64,000 bases of DNA from Candidatus Magasanikiibacteriota bacterium (GCA_041674805.1 JBAYVA010000002.1:83234-147233), one strand, 5' to 3'; shown: positions 54,159 to 63,922, counted from the first letter of the stretch. Notes: generated by a model not told the origin, from the letters alone. Program-made: numbers and translations.

Positions 54159-57100
54159 ATGAAAAATAATTTTTTTGCTAAACTGGGAAACTTTTTTCTG
54201 GTTTCGGCTGTATTGTTCAATGGTTTTGGGGTAGGTTTGGTAAGTGCAGAATATGCAGAAGTTGTCTCTCCCACATTCTCTTTACTTGTTGATAATGTAA
54301 AAGAAGGAAATTTAGGAGAAACAACTACTTATAATGTTGGTGTAAAATATAATGGTCCAGTTTTGGTCTCTGATTATACTGTGGAAGTAATATTTTATAG
54401 TGTTTTAAATGATACTTTTGCTGAATATGGTGTTGATTATGAGGTACCTAATTCTGTGCCTAATTTGGAAGATTCTTCGTATTTTCTTACTTTTACGCCA
54501 GCAACACAAAATGATGAATTGTTTGTTCCTGTAACTGTTATGGGTAACGATACTATTAATAGTTTTAATGTTTTATTCAAATACATTATTTTTACTATAA
54601 AAGGTATTAATATCGACCAACCTGACCAGCTGTTTGGTTTGAGTATTGAAGATGATGATGTTCCTACTATTATTGAACCAATATTTACTCCCGCTACTTC
54701 TGTTGTCTATGAAGGTGTTGCTACAGGAGCTAATGTTACTAAGTTGGTAAACAATAATAATACTGATTTAATTTATACTATTGAACTTACTGGTGATGCT
54801 TTACTCGAACAAGAATTTGGATTGTCTGTTATTGATGAACAAAATATCTCTACACCAATCATGAGTAATTTTTTCAATCTTTCTGTACCAAGAAATTCTA
54901 GTTCTACTTTTTCTGTTCGTACAAATGGTATTTATGATAATTCGTCTTTTGATAATGTTGCAAAACAGACAATTTGGACTGTAACAAATGCGTTTGATGA
55001 GAGTATCTTTATTGATTATGATTTATCTTTAAGTAATATCAACTTTACTTTGGATATAAAAGATGAGGAAAATGATGTAGGTTTTATAAATCCAGCTTCA
55101 TCTGTTGCAGAAGGAATTTCATTGAATGACTCTAATTCATCACTTGTATACAACAATGGTACTGACAATGATGTGTCTTTGACATTTGAACTTTCGGGTA
55201 CGGCATCTTCTTTAACGGATTATACTGTAAGAACAAATGAATTGAGTTCAGGTTCTACTTGGGTAGTACCAAAAAATTCTATTAAATCTTTTCCTGTAGA
55301 TATCTTGAATGTAACTGGTGAAAAAAATTTAGTGTTTACAATTACAAAAATAGATTTATTAAATGACAATGGTACCATTAAAAATGGAAATATTACACCT
55401 ATTTTACCGAATGCACAGACACACACTTTGACAATTCTGGATAATGTTGTACCGCCTGTAAATCATGCACCTGTTGCAATTATGCAACCAATACTTTTGG
55501 GTAATGTTAATGTTGGTTCAAACTCAACCCCTGTTTCATTTTCAACCACTTTTTCAGATCCTGATTCAGATGTACTTACATATAGTGTAGAACTTTCAAA
55601 TCCTGTAATTGCAACATCTCAAATAACAGCAGGTGAGTTGGTACTTACAGGAACAAGTGTCGGTACAACAACAGTAACAATGATGGCTACAGATCCTGAT
55701 GGCTTGAGTGCTAGTACCACGTTTAGTTTGACTGTCGTAGAAAATAATAATGGTGGTGGAAATAATTCTCCAACAGTAAATATTCCAATAGCCACACAAT
55801 ATATTGATCTCTATACTACTTCCACATTAACTATTAATAATGCAATATTGCAGAATTTATTTTCTGATGCTGATGTTAATGACATAGTTGGTATTAGTTT
55901 GACTAATAATACAGATGCTACTGTTGTGACAACAACACCAGGCATAGAATTTTCTAGTTTAATGTTGACAGGTTTGAAAGTCGGTGCAAGTGTTATTGAA
56001 CTTACGGGAGATGATACACATGGTGGTATTGTTACCTCTACTTTTGCGGTAATCGTTAGTGACTCTACTCCTATAGAAGGAAATAATGCTCCTACATTAT
56101 CAACTACAACAGTATTTGTAGATAACGAAATTTCTTTGCAAGAAACATTTGGATCAAATCTTCATCTTTATTTCGAAGATGTTGATGCGGGTGATACATT
56201 AACTTTTTCAGCTACTACAACTGATGCTTCTATAGTGACAAGTGGAATTGACGCATTGGGTCAAATAACACTGACACCACATAATTATGGTACAGTTCAA
56301 GTAATTGTTACTGCCACAGATAATCAAGGTGCTAGTGTCTCTGATGCATTTTCTTTGAAAGTAAATACTCCACCAGAATTAACAGTAAATACTTTAGGAA
56401 ATAAACAAATTGATTTGAAAGTATCATCTAGTTTGTTAATAGATAGTAATACAATTCGTGGTGTTTTTACAGATAGAGATGGAGAAATACTTACTATTTC
56501 TGTAAGTGATAATAGTGATAATACTGTTGTAACAACTACTCTTGGAGAAGATGATTCTCTCACTTTACTTGGTTTAAAAGTGGGAACAAGTACGATTGAA
56601 ATCACTGCTGACGATGGTTATGAAATTACCTCTACTACATTTCTTGTTACGGTTGTAAATTCTACATCTGAAGAAACAGGGAATAATGGTGGCAACTCTG
56701 GCAGTTCAAGTGGATCTAGTGGCGGTGGTGGTTCTGCTCTTCTTTCTAATACAGCTCCTCAAGCTGCTATAACTAATGGTCAAGAAGTAACTGTGGAAGT
56801 AAACAAAGAAATTACTTTTGATGCTAGTCAAAGTACTGACAAAGAAAATAATATTAGATTTTACTTCTGGAACTTTGGTGATGATAGTGATGAAGTATAT
56901 TACACGGTACCAACAGTCAAACATACTTATACTAAAATAAGTAATTACACTTTGATAAGCAAAGTACGTGATGCTTACGGTGCTGAGAGTATTGCTGAAG
57001 TAAAAGTAAAAGTTGTAGCTGCTAAAGGTTCTACAAATACGGGAACTACAAATAATACTTCAAATACTAATACAGAAAGTGAAACTAAAAATGAAACTAC

Positions 57101-57431
57101 AATTCCAAAAACTGATACAACTACATCTGTAAAAGAAACTGGAAGTACTGGTACTACTACAAATACTAATAACAATAATTCTTCTAACAATACTGAAGAA
57201 GAAACAGTTATTGAAGAAGAAATTATAGAAGAAAGTACAATTGAGGAAGAAGATACTTCTTCTGAAGAAGAGTTTATTTTTGAAAATATCAAAGAAGAAA
57301 GTATTAAAGAAACACCAGTTGGAGAAGTAGAAGAACTACCAACTTGGATAAAAATCATCTTTGGTAGTGGTGCTTTAGCTGCTGTAGCTGGCGCTGGTCT
57401 TGCTATTAATAAAGTGAGAAAGAATATATAA
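54159..57431 (+). CDS. Giant surface protein B (paralog of A)
   Basis: 1090 aa. It shares a near-identical signal peptide, an internal block (PIATQYIDLY.TSTLTINN.IL.NLF.D.D.ND.VGISLTNNTDATVVTTT..IEFSSL.LTGLKVG.S.IELTGDD..GGIVTSTF.VIV.DSTP.EGNNAPT), the PKD domain and the C-terminal anchor with protein A. Confidence 0.8.
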   Translation: MKNNFFAKLGNFFLVSAVLFNGFGVGLVSAEYAEVVSPTFSLLVDNVKEGNLGETTTYNVGVKYNGPVLVSDYTVEVIFYSVLNDTFAEYGVDYEVPNSVPNLEDSSYFLTFTPATQNDELFVPVTVMGNDTINSFNVLFKYIIFTIKGINIDQPDQLFGLSIEDDDVPTIIEPIFTPATSVVYEGVATGANVTKLVNNNNTDLIYTIELTGDALLEQEFGLSVIDEQNISTPIMSNFFNLSVPRNSSSTFSVRTNGIYDNSSFDNVAKQTIWTVTNAFDESIFIDYDLSLSNINFTLDIKDEENDVGFINPASSVAEGISLNDSNSSLVYNNGTDNDVSLTFELSGTASSLTDYTVRTNELSSGSTWVVPKNSIKSFPVDILNVTGEKNLVFTITKIDLLNDNGTIKNGNITPILPNAQTHTLTILDNVVPPVNHAPVAIMQPILLGNVNVGSNSTPVSFSTTFSDPDSDVLTYSVELSNPVIATSQITAGELVLTGTSVGTTTVTMMATDPDGLSASTTFSLTVVENNNGGGNNSPTVNIPIATQYIDLYTTSTLTINNAILQNLFSDADVNDIVGISLTNNTDATVVTTTPGIEFSSLMLTGLKVGASVIELTGDDTHGGIVTSTFAVIVSDSTPIEGNNAPTLSTTTVFVDNEISLQETFGSNLHLYFEDVDAGDTLTFSATTTDASIVTSGIDALGQITLTPHNYGTVQVIVTATDNQGASVSDAFSLKVNTPPELTVNTLGNKQIDLKVSSSLLIDSNTIRGVFTDRDGEILTISVSDNSDNTVVTTTLGEDDSLTLLGLKVGTSTIEITADDGYEITSTTFLVTVVNSTSEETGNNGGNSGSSSGSSGGGGSALLSNTAPQAAITNGQEVTVEVNKEITFDASQSTDKENNIRFYFWNFGDDSDEVYYTVPTVKHTYTKISNYTLISKVRDAYGAESIAEVKVKVVAAKGSTNTGTTNNTSNTNTESETKNETTIPKTDTTTSVKETGSTGTTTNTNNNNSSNNTEEETVIEEEIIEESTIEEEDTSSEEEFIFENIKEESIKETPVGEVEELPTWIKIIFGSGALAAVAGAGLAINKVRKNI

Positions 57432-57449
57432 TTTCTTAATTGTGAAATT

Positions 57450-57483
57450 AAAAAACACTGTCCGTGATAGGACAGTGTTTTTG
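57450..57483. terminator. Bidirectional terminator between surface protein B and miaA
   Basis: Stem acactgtcc / ggacagtgt flanked by A- and T-runs. Confidence 0.75.
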
Positions 57484-57494
57484 TTTTCTTAATT

Positions 57495-58445
57495 TTAATC
57501 TTTTAAAAATTTTGCTATCAATTTTTCTGCTTCATCTCTATTTTCTAGCCAGTTGATTCTTTGGTCACGCTTGAACCAAGTCATTTGTTTTTTGGCAAAA
57601 TGTTTGGTCTCTCTTTTCAGTTTTTTGATAGCATCTTCCAGGCTTTCTTTTCCTTCTAAATGATCACGAAATTGACGATAACCAATACCACTCATACTTG
57701 GTAAGTCCCAGCTGTATTTTTGTTTTTGTAGTTTTTTTATTTCTTCCAAAATTCCTTCTTGTATCATTTTGTCAACGCGATCCTCTATTCTTTGGTGAAT
57801 AATTTCTTTTTCTGCTTTGAGGCCAATTTGTAAAATATCAAAAAGTTGTTCGCCCATTTTTTGTTGAGTAGAAAATGGTTCACCGCTGAGGATACTGACT
57901 TCTAGAGCTCGGATAATTCTTCTTTTGTTGTTGATATCAATTATTTCGGCAGAAATAGGATCTACTTGTTTTAACCATTCGACTAGATCTTCAATACTTT
58001 TTTCTTCGAAACTTCTTCTTAGTTTTTTGTTGGGAGCAATTCTTGGCATCTTATAATTATCAACTAGTGATTGTATATACATACCAGTACCACCGACCAC
58101 AAAAGGAATTTTATTTTTCATGTGGATCATCTTGGCATACTTGATGGCTTGGTCGTGAAATTCGGCGGCAGTGAAATATTTGCCAGGATCAAGGAAATCT
58201 ACCAAATAATGTGGAACATCATCAACATAATAATTTTTTTTGAAACCCTCGCGTTTCCATTGACCGAGAGGTTTGGCTGTGCCTATGTCCATTTTTTTAT
58301 AAAGTTGTCTTGAATCTGCTGAAATTATTTCTCCTCCAAATTTTTTGGCCAAATGCAAACTCCAATCAGTTTTGCCACTGGCGGTAGGTCCCAAGATGAC
58401 AATTAGTTTGGGAAGTTGTGTGTTTTCTGTATGTTTGTTGGACAC
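57495..58445 (-). CDS. miaA: tRNA dimethylallyltransferase
   Basis: 316 aa. P-loop ILGPTASGKT, SADSRQLYK.MDIGTAKP. Confidence 0.9.
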   Translation of the reverse strand: MSNKHTENTQLPKLIVILGPTASGKTDWSLHLAKKFGGEIISADSRQLYKKMDIGTAKPLGQWKREGFKKNYYVDDVPHYLVDFLDPGKYFTAAEFHDQAIKYAKMIHMKNKIPFVVGGTGMYIQSLVDNYKMPRIAPNKKLRRSFEEKSIEDLVEWLKQVDPISAEIIDINNKRRIIRALEVSILSGEPFSTQQKMGEQLFDILQIGLKAEKEIIHQRIEDRVDKMIQEGILEEIKKLQKQKYSWDLPSMSGIGYRQFRDHLEGKESLEDAIKKLKRETKHFAKKQMTWFKRDQRINWLENRDEAEKLIAKFLKD

Positions 58446-58473
58446 AAGATTGTAAGTTATTTATATATTGTTA

Positions 58474-59814
58474 TTATAGCATTTTCCCCCATAAAATCCA
58501 GTGTCCTGCTTCGGTGATGATTACTTTTACTATTTTACCAATCAAAGATTTGTCTCCTGGAAAATTGATGCGTTTCATTTCGCGAGAGTTGCCACCGCAC
58601 ATTCCGTTTTTGAAAGTGTCCACCAAGACAGATACTTCTTTGTTTAAGTATAATTGATTTTTGCGTAAAACGATATCTTCCATCAAATGTTGTAATTTAA
58701 ACCAACGTTTTTTCTTTTCATCTTGAGTAATATTGTCTGTGAAAGCTTTGTCAGCTGTCGTGCCAGAACGAGTAGAATATTTGGCAGTATAAGATATATC
58801 AAAATCACATTCTTGATAAAGTGAAATAGTTTCAGCAAAATCTTCGTCTGTCTCATCACAAAAACCAACAATAATATCTGTACCAATTGCAATGTCTGGT
58901 TTTTTTTCTCTGATTTTCTTTATTTTTTCTAAATACAATTCACGAGTGTGCTTGCGATTCATTTTTTTCAAAATCTTGCTACTGCCAGATTGCACTGGTA
59001 AATGTATAAAATTCAATTGTTTTGGCAGTGTCAAAGCATCAATTACTTCATCGTCCATGTGAATCGGATGTGGTGCTGTCCAGTGAATACGTTCTAGCCC
59101 CTCAATTTGATTTAGTTCCCATAGCAATTTGGCAAAATCATTTTGTGTATAAGGATTATTTGAACTGAATTTGTCGTCTTCTTTGGCAAGCCAATGATTG
59201 ACTATTTGTCCCAAGAGTGTGATTTCTAGACAGCCATAGTTTACTAGAGATTTTACTTCATCAAGAATATCTTTGAGTGGTCTGTTTACTTCCATACCTC
59301 GAGCATAAGGTACGACACAATAGGTACAGAACTGGTTACAACCTGTCTGAATGGTCACAAAAGCCTGGAATTTACTTTTGACGTGTGGTTTGACACTTAG
59401 ATAATCAAGTTCTAAATCTATTGGTCTAAGCTCTGGATTGAGTTCTGAGAGCCACTTTGGCATCATAATCACATCTTTAGTCGGGAAAAATAGATCTACG
59501 CCTTTCAATCTTTTGCGTAATGTGCCATCTTTGTCACGTCCTGGCATACAGCCTGTCACTGCGACGATTAAGTTTGGTTTAGTTTCTTTTAACTTTGCAA
59601 ATTCATGAGAAAAACTATAGATACGATCTTCAGCCGATTCGCGAATAGAGCAACTGTTCATGAGTATCACGTCAGCTTCTTCTGGCTTATCTGTTGATAT
59701 CATATTCATGGACTCAAAAATAGATTCAATACGCTCTGAATCATTTTTGTTCATTTGGCAACCGAATGTTATAATATGATAGTGGAATTTTTTGTTTTCT
59801 TGATGGTCTTTCAT
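58474..59814 (-). CDS. miaB: tRNA-i6A37 methylthiotransferase (radical SAM)
   Basis: 446 aa. N-terminal TFGCQMNKNDSE, radical-SAM CNQFCTYCVVP, C-terminal TRAM-like region. Confidence 0.9.
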   Translation of the reverse strand: MKDHQENKKFHYHIITFGCQMNKNDSERIESIFESMNMISTDKPEEADVILMNSCSIRESAEDRIYSFSHEFAKLKETKPNLIVAVTGCMPGRDKDGTLRKRLKGVDLFFPTKDVIMMPKWLSELNPELRPIDLELDYLSVKPHVKSKFQAFVTIQTGCNQFCTYCVVPYARGMEVNRPLKDILDEVKSLVNYGCLEITLLGQIVNHWLAKEDDKFSSNNPYTQNDFAKLLWELNQIEGLERIHWTAPHPIHMDDEVIDALTLPKQLNFIHLPVQSGSSKILKKMNRKHTRELYLEKIKKIREKKPDIAIGTDIIVGFCDETDEDFAETISLYQECDFDISYTAKYSTRSGTTADKAFTDNITQDEKKKRWFKLQHLMEDIVLRKNQLYLNKEVSVLVDTFKNGMCGGNSREMKRINFPGDKSLIGKIVKVIITEAGHWILWGKML

Positions 59815-59843
59815 AAAATTTTAACATTTATAACTTACAATAA

Positions 59844-59870
59844 GGAATGGGGAACGGGGAATGAGGAATG
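59844..59870. repeat. Four tandem GGAAYGR heptamers upstream of miaB
   Basis: ggaatgg ggaacgg ggaatga ggaatg, 30 nt from the miaB start codon (minus strand). Confidence 0.75.
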
Positions 59871-59967
59871 TTTATTAAAAAAATGATTAGTATAAATTCT
59901 TGTTAAGATTAGTGTTACAATTATAATGATTTTTTCAAAAAATGCAAGAGTTAGCAAAAAATTGACA

Positions 59968-59996
59968 TTGACAAAACGCGTTTTTTGTGCTATAAT
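59968..59996 (+). promoter_or_regulatory. Perfect-consensus sigma70 promoter driving three orphan genes
   Basis: TTGACA (59968-73), 17-nt spacer ending in TGC (extended -10), TATAAT (59991-96). It lies 34 nt upstream of the ATG at 60030. Confidence 0.7.
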
Positions 59997-60029
59997 AAGT
60001 ACATAAATTAATATTTTTAATATAAAAAT

Positions 60030-60329
60030 ATGGAATCAGAAAGAAAAATACCTTTAGGTCATTCTGAATATAACATGCCTGCTGTTGGAATTTCTATGGG
60101 TAACTCAAGTAAAAAACCTGAATTTGTTAATACTAAAGTTGCAAGATCTTACGCTGAAAAAGTTCCTTCTCGTGATATACAAAAATCTCCATTAGAATCA
60201 TTAGAAACACAAACTATAAAACAAAAATCAGAAACACAAACTACAAAACAAAGAATTGAGGATCTTCGTAGTAGAATTTTGAAAACAAGAAGAGATTCAA
60301 ATACTCCCTCATCACTTTCAAAAGATTAA
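60030..60329 (+). CDS. Hypothetical protein (99 aa, low complexity)
   Basis: ORF directly downstream of the consensus promoter. Internal repeat SLETQTIKQKSETQTTKQ. No motif recognised. Confidence 0.4.
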   Translation: MESERKIPLGHSEYNMPAVGISMGNSSKKPEFVNTKVARSYAEKVPSRDIQKSPLESLETQTIKQKSETQTTKQRIEDLRSRILKTRRDSNTPSSLSKD

Positions 60330-60365
60330 AAACAATATTTATCATCTTTATTTAATTCAAAATAT

Positions 60366-61412
60366 ATGAATTCAAGATCTCCAGAAGAGCGACATCCTCA
60401 AAAGGGTATAGAGGATTTTACAGGTTCTGGTTCTAATGTGAAAAAAGAATCTAACGTTGTGTCTGTTACTGAACAATTAGCTCAAAAGAAACGTGAAAAA
60501 TTTCTTGCAGGTTTTGCAGTTGGAAACAAGAGACAGATAAAAGATATGATAGCAAATAGAAAATCTGCTCCGGATAATGGTGGGTTGTCTGTTACTGAAC
60601 AATTAGCTCAAAAGAAAGGTGAAATTATTGAATCTAAAAAAGAATCAGAATTAAAATCAGATATTGATACTACAAAACCTATGAGAGATCGTAGTTTTTT
60701 GGCTGAAGCTAGATCAGCTGAAAGAAGAAGAGAAGAATATGTGGCTACAGGCAAAAGAAAACAACAAGAACAAGAAGAGGAAAAACTTGATTTAGAAGTT
60801 GCTTATAAAAATTTGGCTTCTGCTGTTGTTAAAGATGCTACAAAATTAGAGGAATATTTGGATAATGATGTTTTGAATAGACAATATTTTGCTAAAGATG
60901 GAGATATTCGTAGTGATAAAATTGCAGAAGTAAGATCTGGTTTTGTGGATAATGGAAAAGTTTCTGGAGATAAAATAGTTGTAAGAAATATAGATGAAGA
61001 AGCATTTTTGAGAGATTATAAAGAAACTGGAGTAATAAAACATTTTGAAGAAGAAAAAACACACACACCAGAAGAAACTGGAGTAATAAAACATTTTGAA
61101 GAAGAAAAAATAAAAACACCAGAAGAATTAAAAAGTGAATGTATCGTTATTATCAAAGAATTAAAAACTAATTATGGTGTAAATGTAAATGAAGATGGTA
61201 CTATTCCTGCTGGTTTCTTAGGAATGAATAGAAAAAAAGTTTTGAAGCTTGAAGAAACAGTTCCTATTTTTTCTGCAACAACTAAAGAGCTCGTTGATTT
61301 GAATACACAAATATATGCTGCATCTCACAATACTAATAATGTGCGTGTAAGTAGTAATGTTAAAAGAAATAATACTCCAAGAACAGGAGGCAATGTCTTG
61401 ACAGGTAATTAA
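60366..61412 (+). CDS. Hypothetical charged protein with internal duplications (348 aa)
   Basis: Repeats are SVTEQLAQKK(R/G)E twice and ETGVIKHFEEEK..TPEE twice. No TM segment or signal peptide. Confidence 0.45.
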   Translation: MNSRSPEERHPQKGIEDFTGSGSNVKKESNVVSVTEQLAQKKREKFLAGFAVGNKRQIKDMIANRKSAPDNGGLSVTEQLAQKKGEIIESKKESELKSDIDTTKPMRDRSFLAEARSAERRREEYVATGKRKQQEQEEEKLDLEVAYKNLASAVVKDATKLEEYLDNDVLNRQYFAKDGDIRSDKIAEVRSGFVDNGKVSGDKIVVRNIDEEAFLRDYKETGVIKHFEEEKTHTPEETGVIKHFEEEKIKTPEELKSECIVIIKELKTNYGVNVNEDGTIPAGFLGMNRKKVLKLEETVPIFSATTKELVDLNTQIYAASHNTNNVRVSSNVKRNNTPRTGGNVLTGN

Positions 61413-61423
61413 TAATATTTTTT

Positions 61424-61630
61424 ATGGAAGATAACACACAAAAAACAAATCCAATTCCTGATTATACAAACATGACAGAACAAGAAAGAATGGACGCCGC
61501 TATGAAACAAGCTGGTATGGCTCCAGGTGATATTGGTAAGATGGTTGCCAAAAATATGGCTACCAATATGGCCAAGAGTACTGCTAAGAATTGGATTAGA
61601 ACTTTGCTTCATAGTATTTTTAAGTTTTAA
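61424..61630 (+). CDS. Hypothetical small protein (68 aa)
   Basis: ORF 12 nt after the previous stop, with an amphipathic Met/Ala/Lys-rich C-terminal half. Confidence 0.35.
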   Translation: MEDNTQKTNPIPDYTNMTEQERMDAAMKQAGMAPGDIGKMVAKNMATNMAKSTAKNWIRTLLHSIFKF

Positions 61631-61691
61631 ACATTTTTTTGTTGAAAGTGCTCCTTAGTTTTTAAGGAGTATTTTTTTGACATTGCAATAA

Positions 61692-61721
61692 CACAAATAC
61701 TCACGAATATTCACAAATATT
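61692..61721. repeat. Three tandem CACRAATAYT decamers
   Basis: cacaaatact cacgaatatt cacaaatatt, immediately downstream of a TTGACA at 61677-61682. Confidence 0.7.
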
Positions 61722-61740
61722 TTTTTTGGTTAGTTCTATT

Positions 61741-61756
61741 ATCTCCATTTTATCTC
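61741..61756 (-). repeat. GAGATAAAATGGAGAT 16-mer (minus-strand copy)
   Basis: atctccattttatctc is the exact reverse complement of 38884-38899. It lies 108 nt upstream of the pseudouridine synthase gene. Confidence 0.75.
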
Positions 61757-61863
61757 TATTTATTATTAGATTTTATTAAAATATAAAAATATTCCGCCCA
61801 AGGCTGATCAGTCTTCGCTGAAAAAGTATTAAAACACTCTCGTTAAGTAAGTATTTCAAAATT

Positions 61864-62622
61864 ATGCTCGTTCGTCTCCAAAAACACATCGCAGATTTAG
61901 GAATTTGTTCTCGTCGTAAGGCTGAAGAACTTATTTTGGCTAAAAAAGTAAAAGTAAATGGAAAATTAATTACAGAAATGGGTGTAAAAGTGGATCCAGA
62001 AAAAGATAAAGTTGAAATCATAACAGACAAAAAAACAAAAACATTTGTAAAAAGAACTTTTGATAGTCCTGTTAATAATAATGGCAAAGTTTATATTATT
62101 TTGAACAAACCTGTTGGTTACATTACAAGTGCTTCTAGTGAACAAGGTGAATCAGTGTTGGATCTTTTGACTTCACAAAACTGTGTAATGAAAGGTGGAG
62201 AAGTGAAGGCTAGAGTTTATCCTGTTGGTCGTTTAGACAAAGATTCTGAAGGATTAGTACTTTTGACTAACGATGGTGATTTGACGAATGAACTTACTCA
62301 TCCTCGTTATGAACACGAAAAAGAATATGAAATTACTATTGATGGTTTTCTTACCAAAGATGCTGTGAAGATATTGACCAAGGGTATGCAAATAGGTGAT
62401 GATTATGTAAATGGTATACAGCTTGTGAAAGAATTCAAAAAAGGACGTACTTCTATTATTACAGCAATTTTAACAGAAGGTAAAAACAGACAAATTAGAA
62501 AGATGTTTGGTAGTATTGGTTACCGTGTAATGACCTTACGTCGTAGCCGTATAAATAAATTGAAATTGGGTGTATTGCCTGTGGGAAAGTGGAAATATAT
62601 AACTAAAGATAAAATTGTTTAA
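61864..62622 (+). CDS. Pseudouridine synthase, RsuA/RluB family, with N-terminal S4 domain
   Basis: 252 aa. S4-like RLQKHIADLGICSRRKAEELI and catalytic GRLDKDSEGLVLLTNDG. Confidence 0.85.
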   Translation: MLVRLQKHIADLGICSRRKAEELILAKKVKVNGKLITEMGVKVDPEKDKVEIITDKKTKTFVKRTFDSPVNNNGKVYIILNKPVGYITSASSEQGESVLDLLTSQNCVMKGGEVKARVYPVGRLDKDSEGLVLLTNDGDLTNELTHPRYEHEKEYEITIDGFLTKDAVKILTKGMQIGDDYVNGIQLVKEFKKGRTSIITAILTEGKNRQIRKMFGSIGYRVMTLRRSRINKLKLGVLPVGKWKYITKDKIV

Positions 62623-62694
62623 ATCATTTTTACTGGAGTATTTTAGATTTTGGTTTAGTATGATATACTAAAAGTATAATATTAATTTTTTTAT

Positions 62695-63756
62695 ATGATA
62701 AAAGGTACAGCAAATTTTAGTAAAATGAGATCAATATTTTTTTTCGGTCTTATTGGTATTTTGACTTTAGGAGTATTATATCTTTTTGCTCCATTTTTTT
62801 ATCCTATATTTTGGGCAGCCGTGCTCGCAGTAATTTTTTATCCACTTTATAAATGGTTTTTAAAATTATTTAAAAAAGAAGGAATAAGTGCTGGTGTTTC
62901 GGCAAGTATTGTTTTTTTGATGTTGATTTCGGTAGTTAGTATTTTATCTTTTTTATTGGTTAACCAATCAATATCTCTATATAATGATGTCTCAAGTAGT
63001 GGTGTGTTCCAAAATTCAACTAATAATTTTTCTTCTTGGCTAGAAAAAACTCCTTTGTCACCATATTTTACAGAACTAAAAAATAATTGGACTTCATATA
63101 TTAATGATTTCACTAAGAATCTTAGTGTTTGGATTGTTAATTTTGTAAAGGATGGTACTACTGTTTCTATAATATTTGTATTCAAAATTTTTATAATGTT
63201 TTATACTTTATATTATTTTTTTAAAGATGGTAAAAGATTATTGATTTGGTTAGAAAAAATATCACCTTTGGGGAATAAATATGAAGTAAGTCTTTATGAT
63301 AGATTCACTTCTACGGTGAGGGCTACTTTAAAAAGTACTTTATTTGTCGGTACTATACAAGGTACTTTGGGTGGTTTTATATTTTGGTTGACAGGTATAA
63401 AAGGAGCTTTTGTTTGGGGTGTAATCATGGTTATTATTGCTATTATACCTGCTGTGGGACCTTCTCTTGTCCTTGGAATTGCTGCTATTATAATGCTTGT
63501 GGTTGGAAATATTTGGCAAGCTATAGTTTTGGCTATTGCTACTGTAGTTATTAGTTTTGTTGATAATCTTATTCGTCCTGCTTTTATTGGCAAAGATATT
63601 CAAATGCATCCTTTATTAGTTTTCTTTAGTATTTTGGGTGGTTTGGCTTTGTTTGGGGCTTCTGGTTTTGTTATAGGTCCTGTGATTGCAGCTCTTTATC
63701 TTTCTGTTATTGCTATTTATGAAAGTTATTATAAGAAAGAGTTGAAAGATAATTAG
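62695..63756 (+). CDS. AI-2E (PerM/YhhT) family transporter
   Basis: 353 aa with about 8 TM helices. The pattern ..FKDGKRL.., ..VDNLIRP...G... is typical of the family. Confidence 0.8.
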   Translation: MIKGTANFSKMRSIFFFGLIGILTLGVLYLFAPFFYPIFWAAVLAVIFYPLYKWFLKLFKKEGISAGVSASIVFLMLISVVSILSFLLVNQSISLYNDVSSSGVFQNSTNNFSSWLEKTPLSPYFTELKNNWTSYINDFTKNLSVWIVNFVKDGTTVSIIFVFKIFIMFYTLYYFFKDGKRLLIWLEKISPLGNKYEVSLYDRFTSTVRATLKSTLFVGTIQGTLGGFIFWLTGIKGAFVWGVIMVIIAIIPAVGPSLVLGIAAIIMLVVGNIWQAIVLAIATVVISFVDNLIRPAFIGKDIQMHPLLVFFSILGGLALFGASGFVIGPVIAALYLSVIAIYESYYKKELKDN

Positions 63757-63922
63757 TAAAGTAAAAAATAATAATATAAATAAAACGTTTTATTAAATAA
63801 TAGAACGTTTTTAATTACAAATTTCTAATGTCAAAACTTTTTGTAATTAATAATTTGAAATTGATTTGATATTTGGATTTTTTAATTTGAAGTTTGTTTC
63901 TTAGTAAGAAAATTTATATATT

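Noticed and set aside
980-57358. Numerous 60-170-aa ORFs antisense to or nested in large genes (for example 980-1189, 2387-2836, 5108-5353, 6484-6807, 23483-23683, 29216-29578, 43609-44007, 53356-53874, 56975-57358)
   Set aside because: Each lies entirely within a longer ORF that has clear family motifs. Their translations are low-complexity products of the AT-rich or repeat-rich opposite strand.
50867-57431. A diversity-generating retroelement targeting the paralogous surface proteins
   Set aside because: No reverse transcriptase gene and no template/variable repeat pair with A-specific mismatches are visible. The near-identical blocks differ at all base types.
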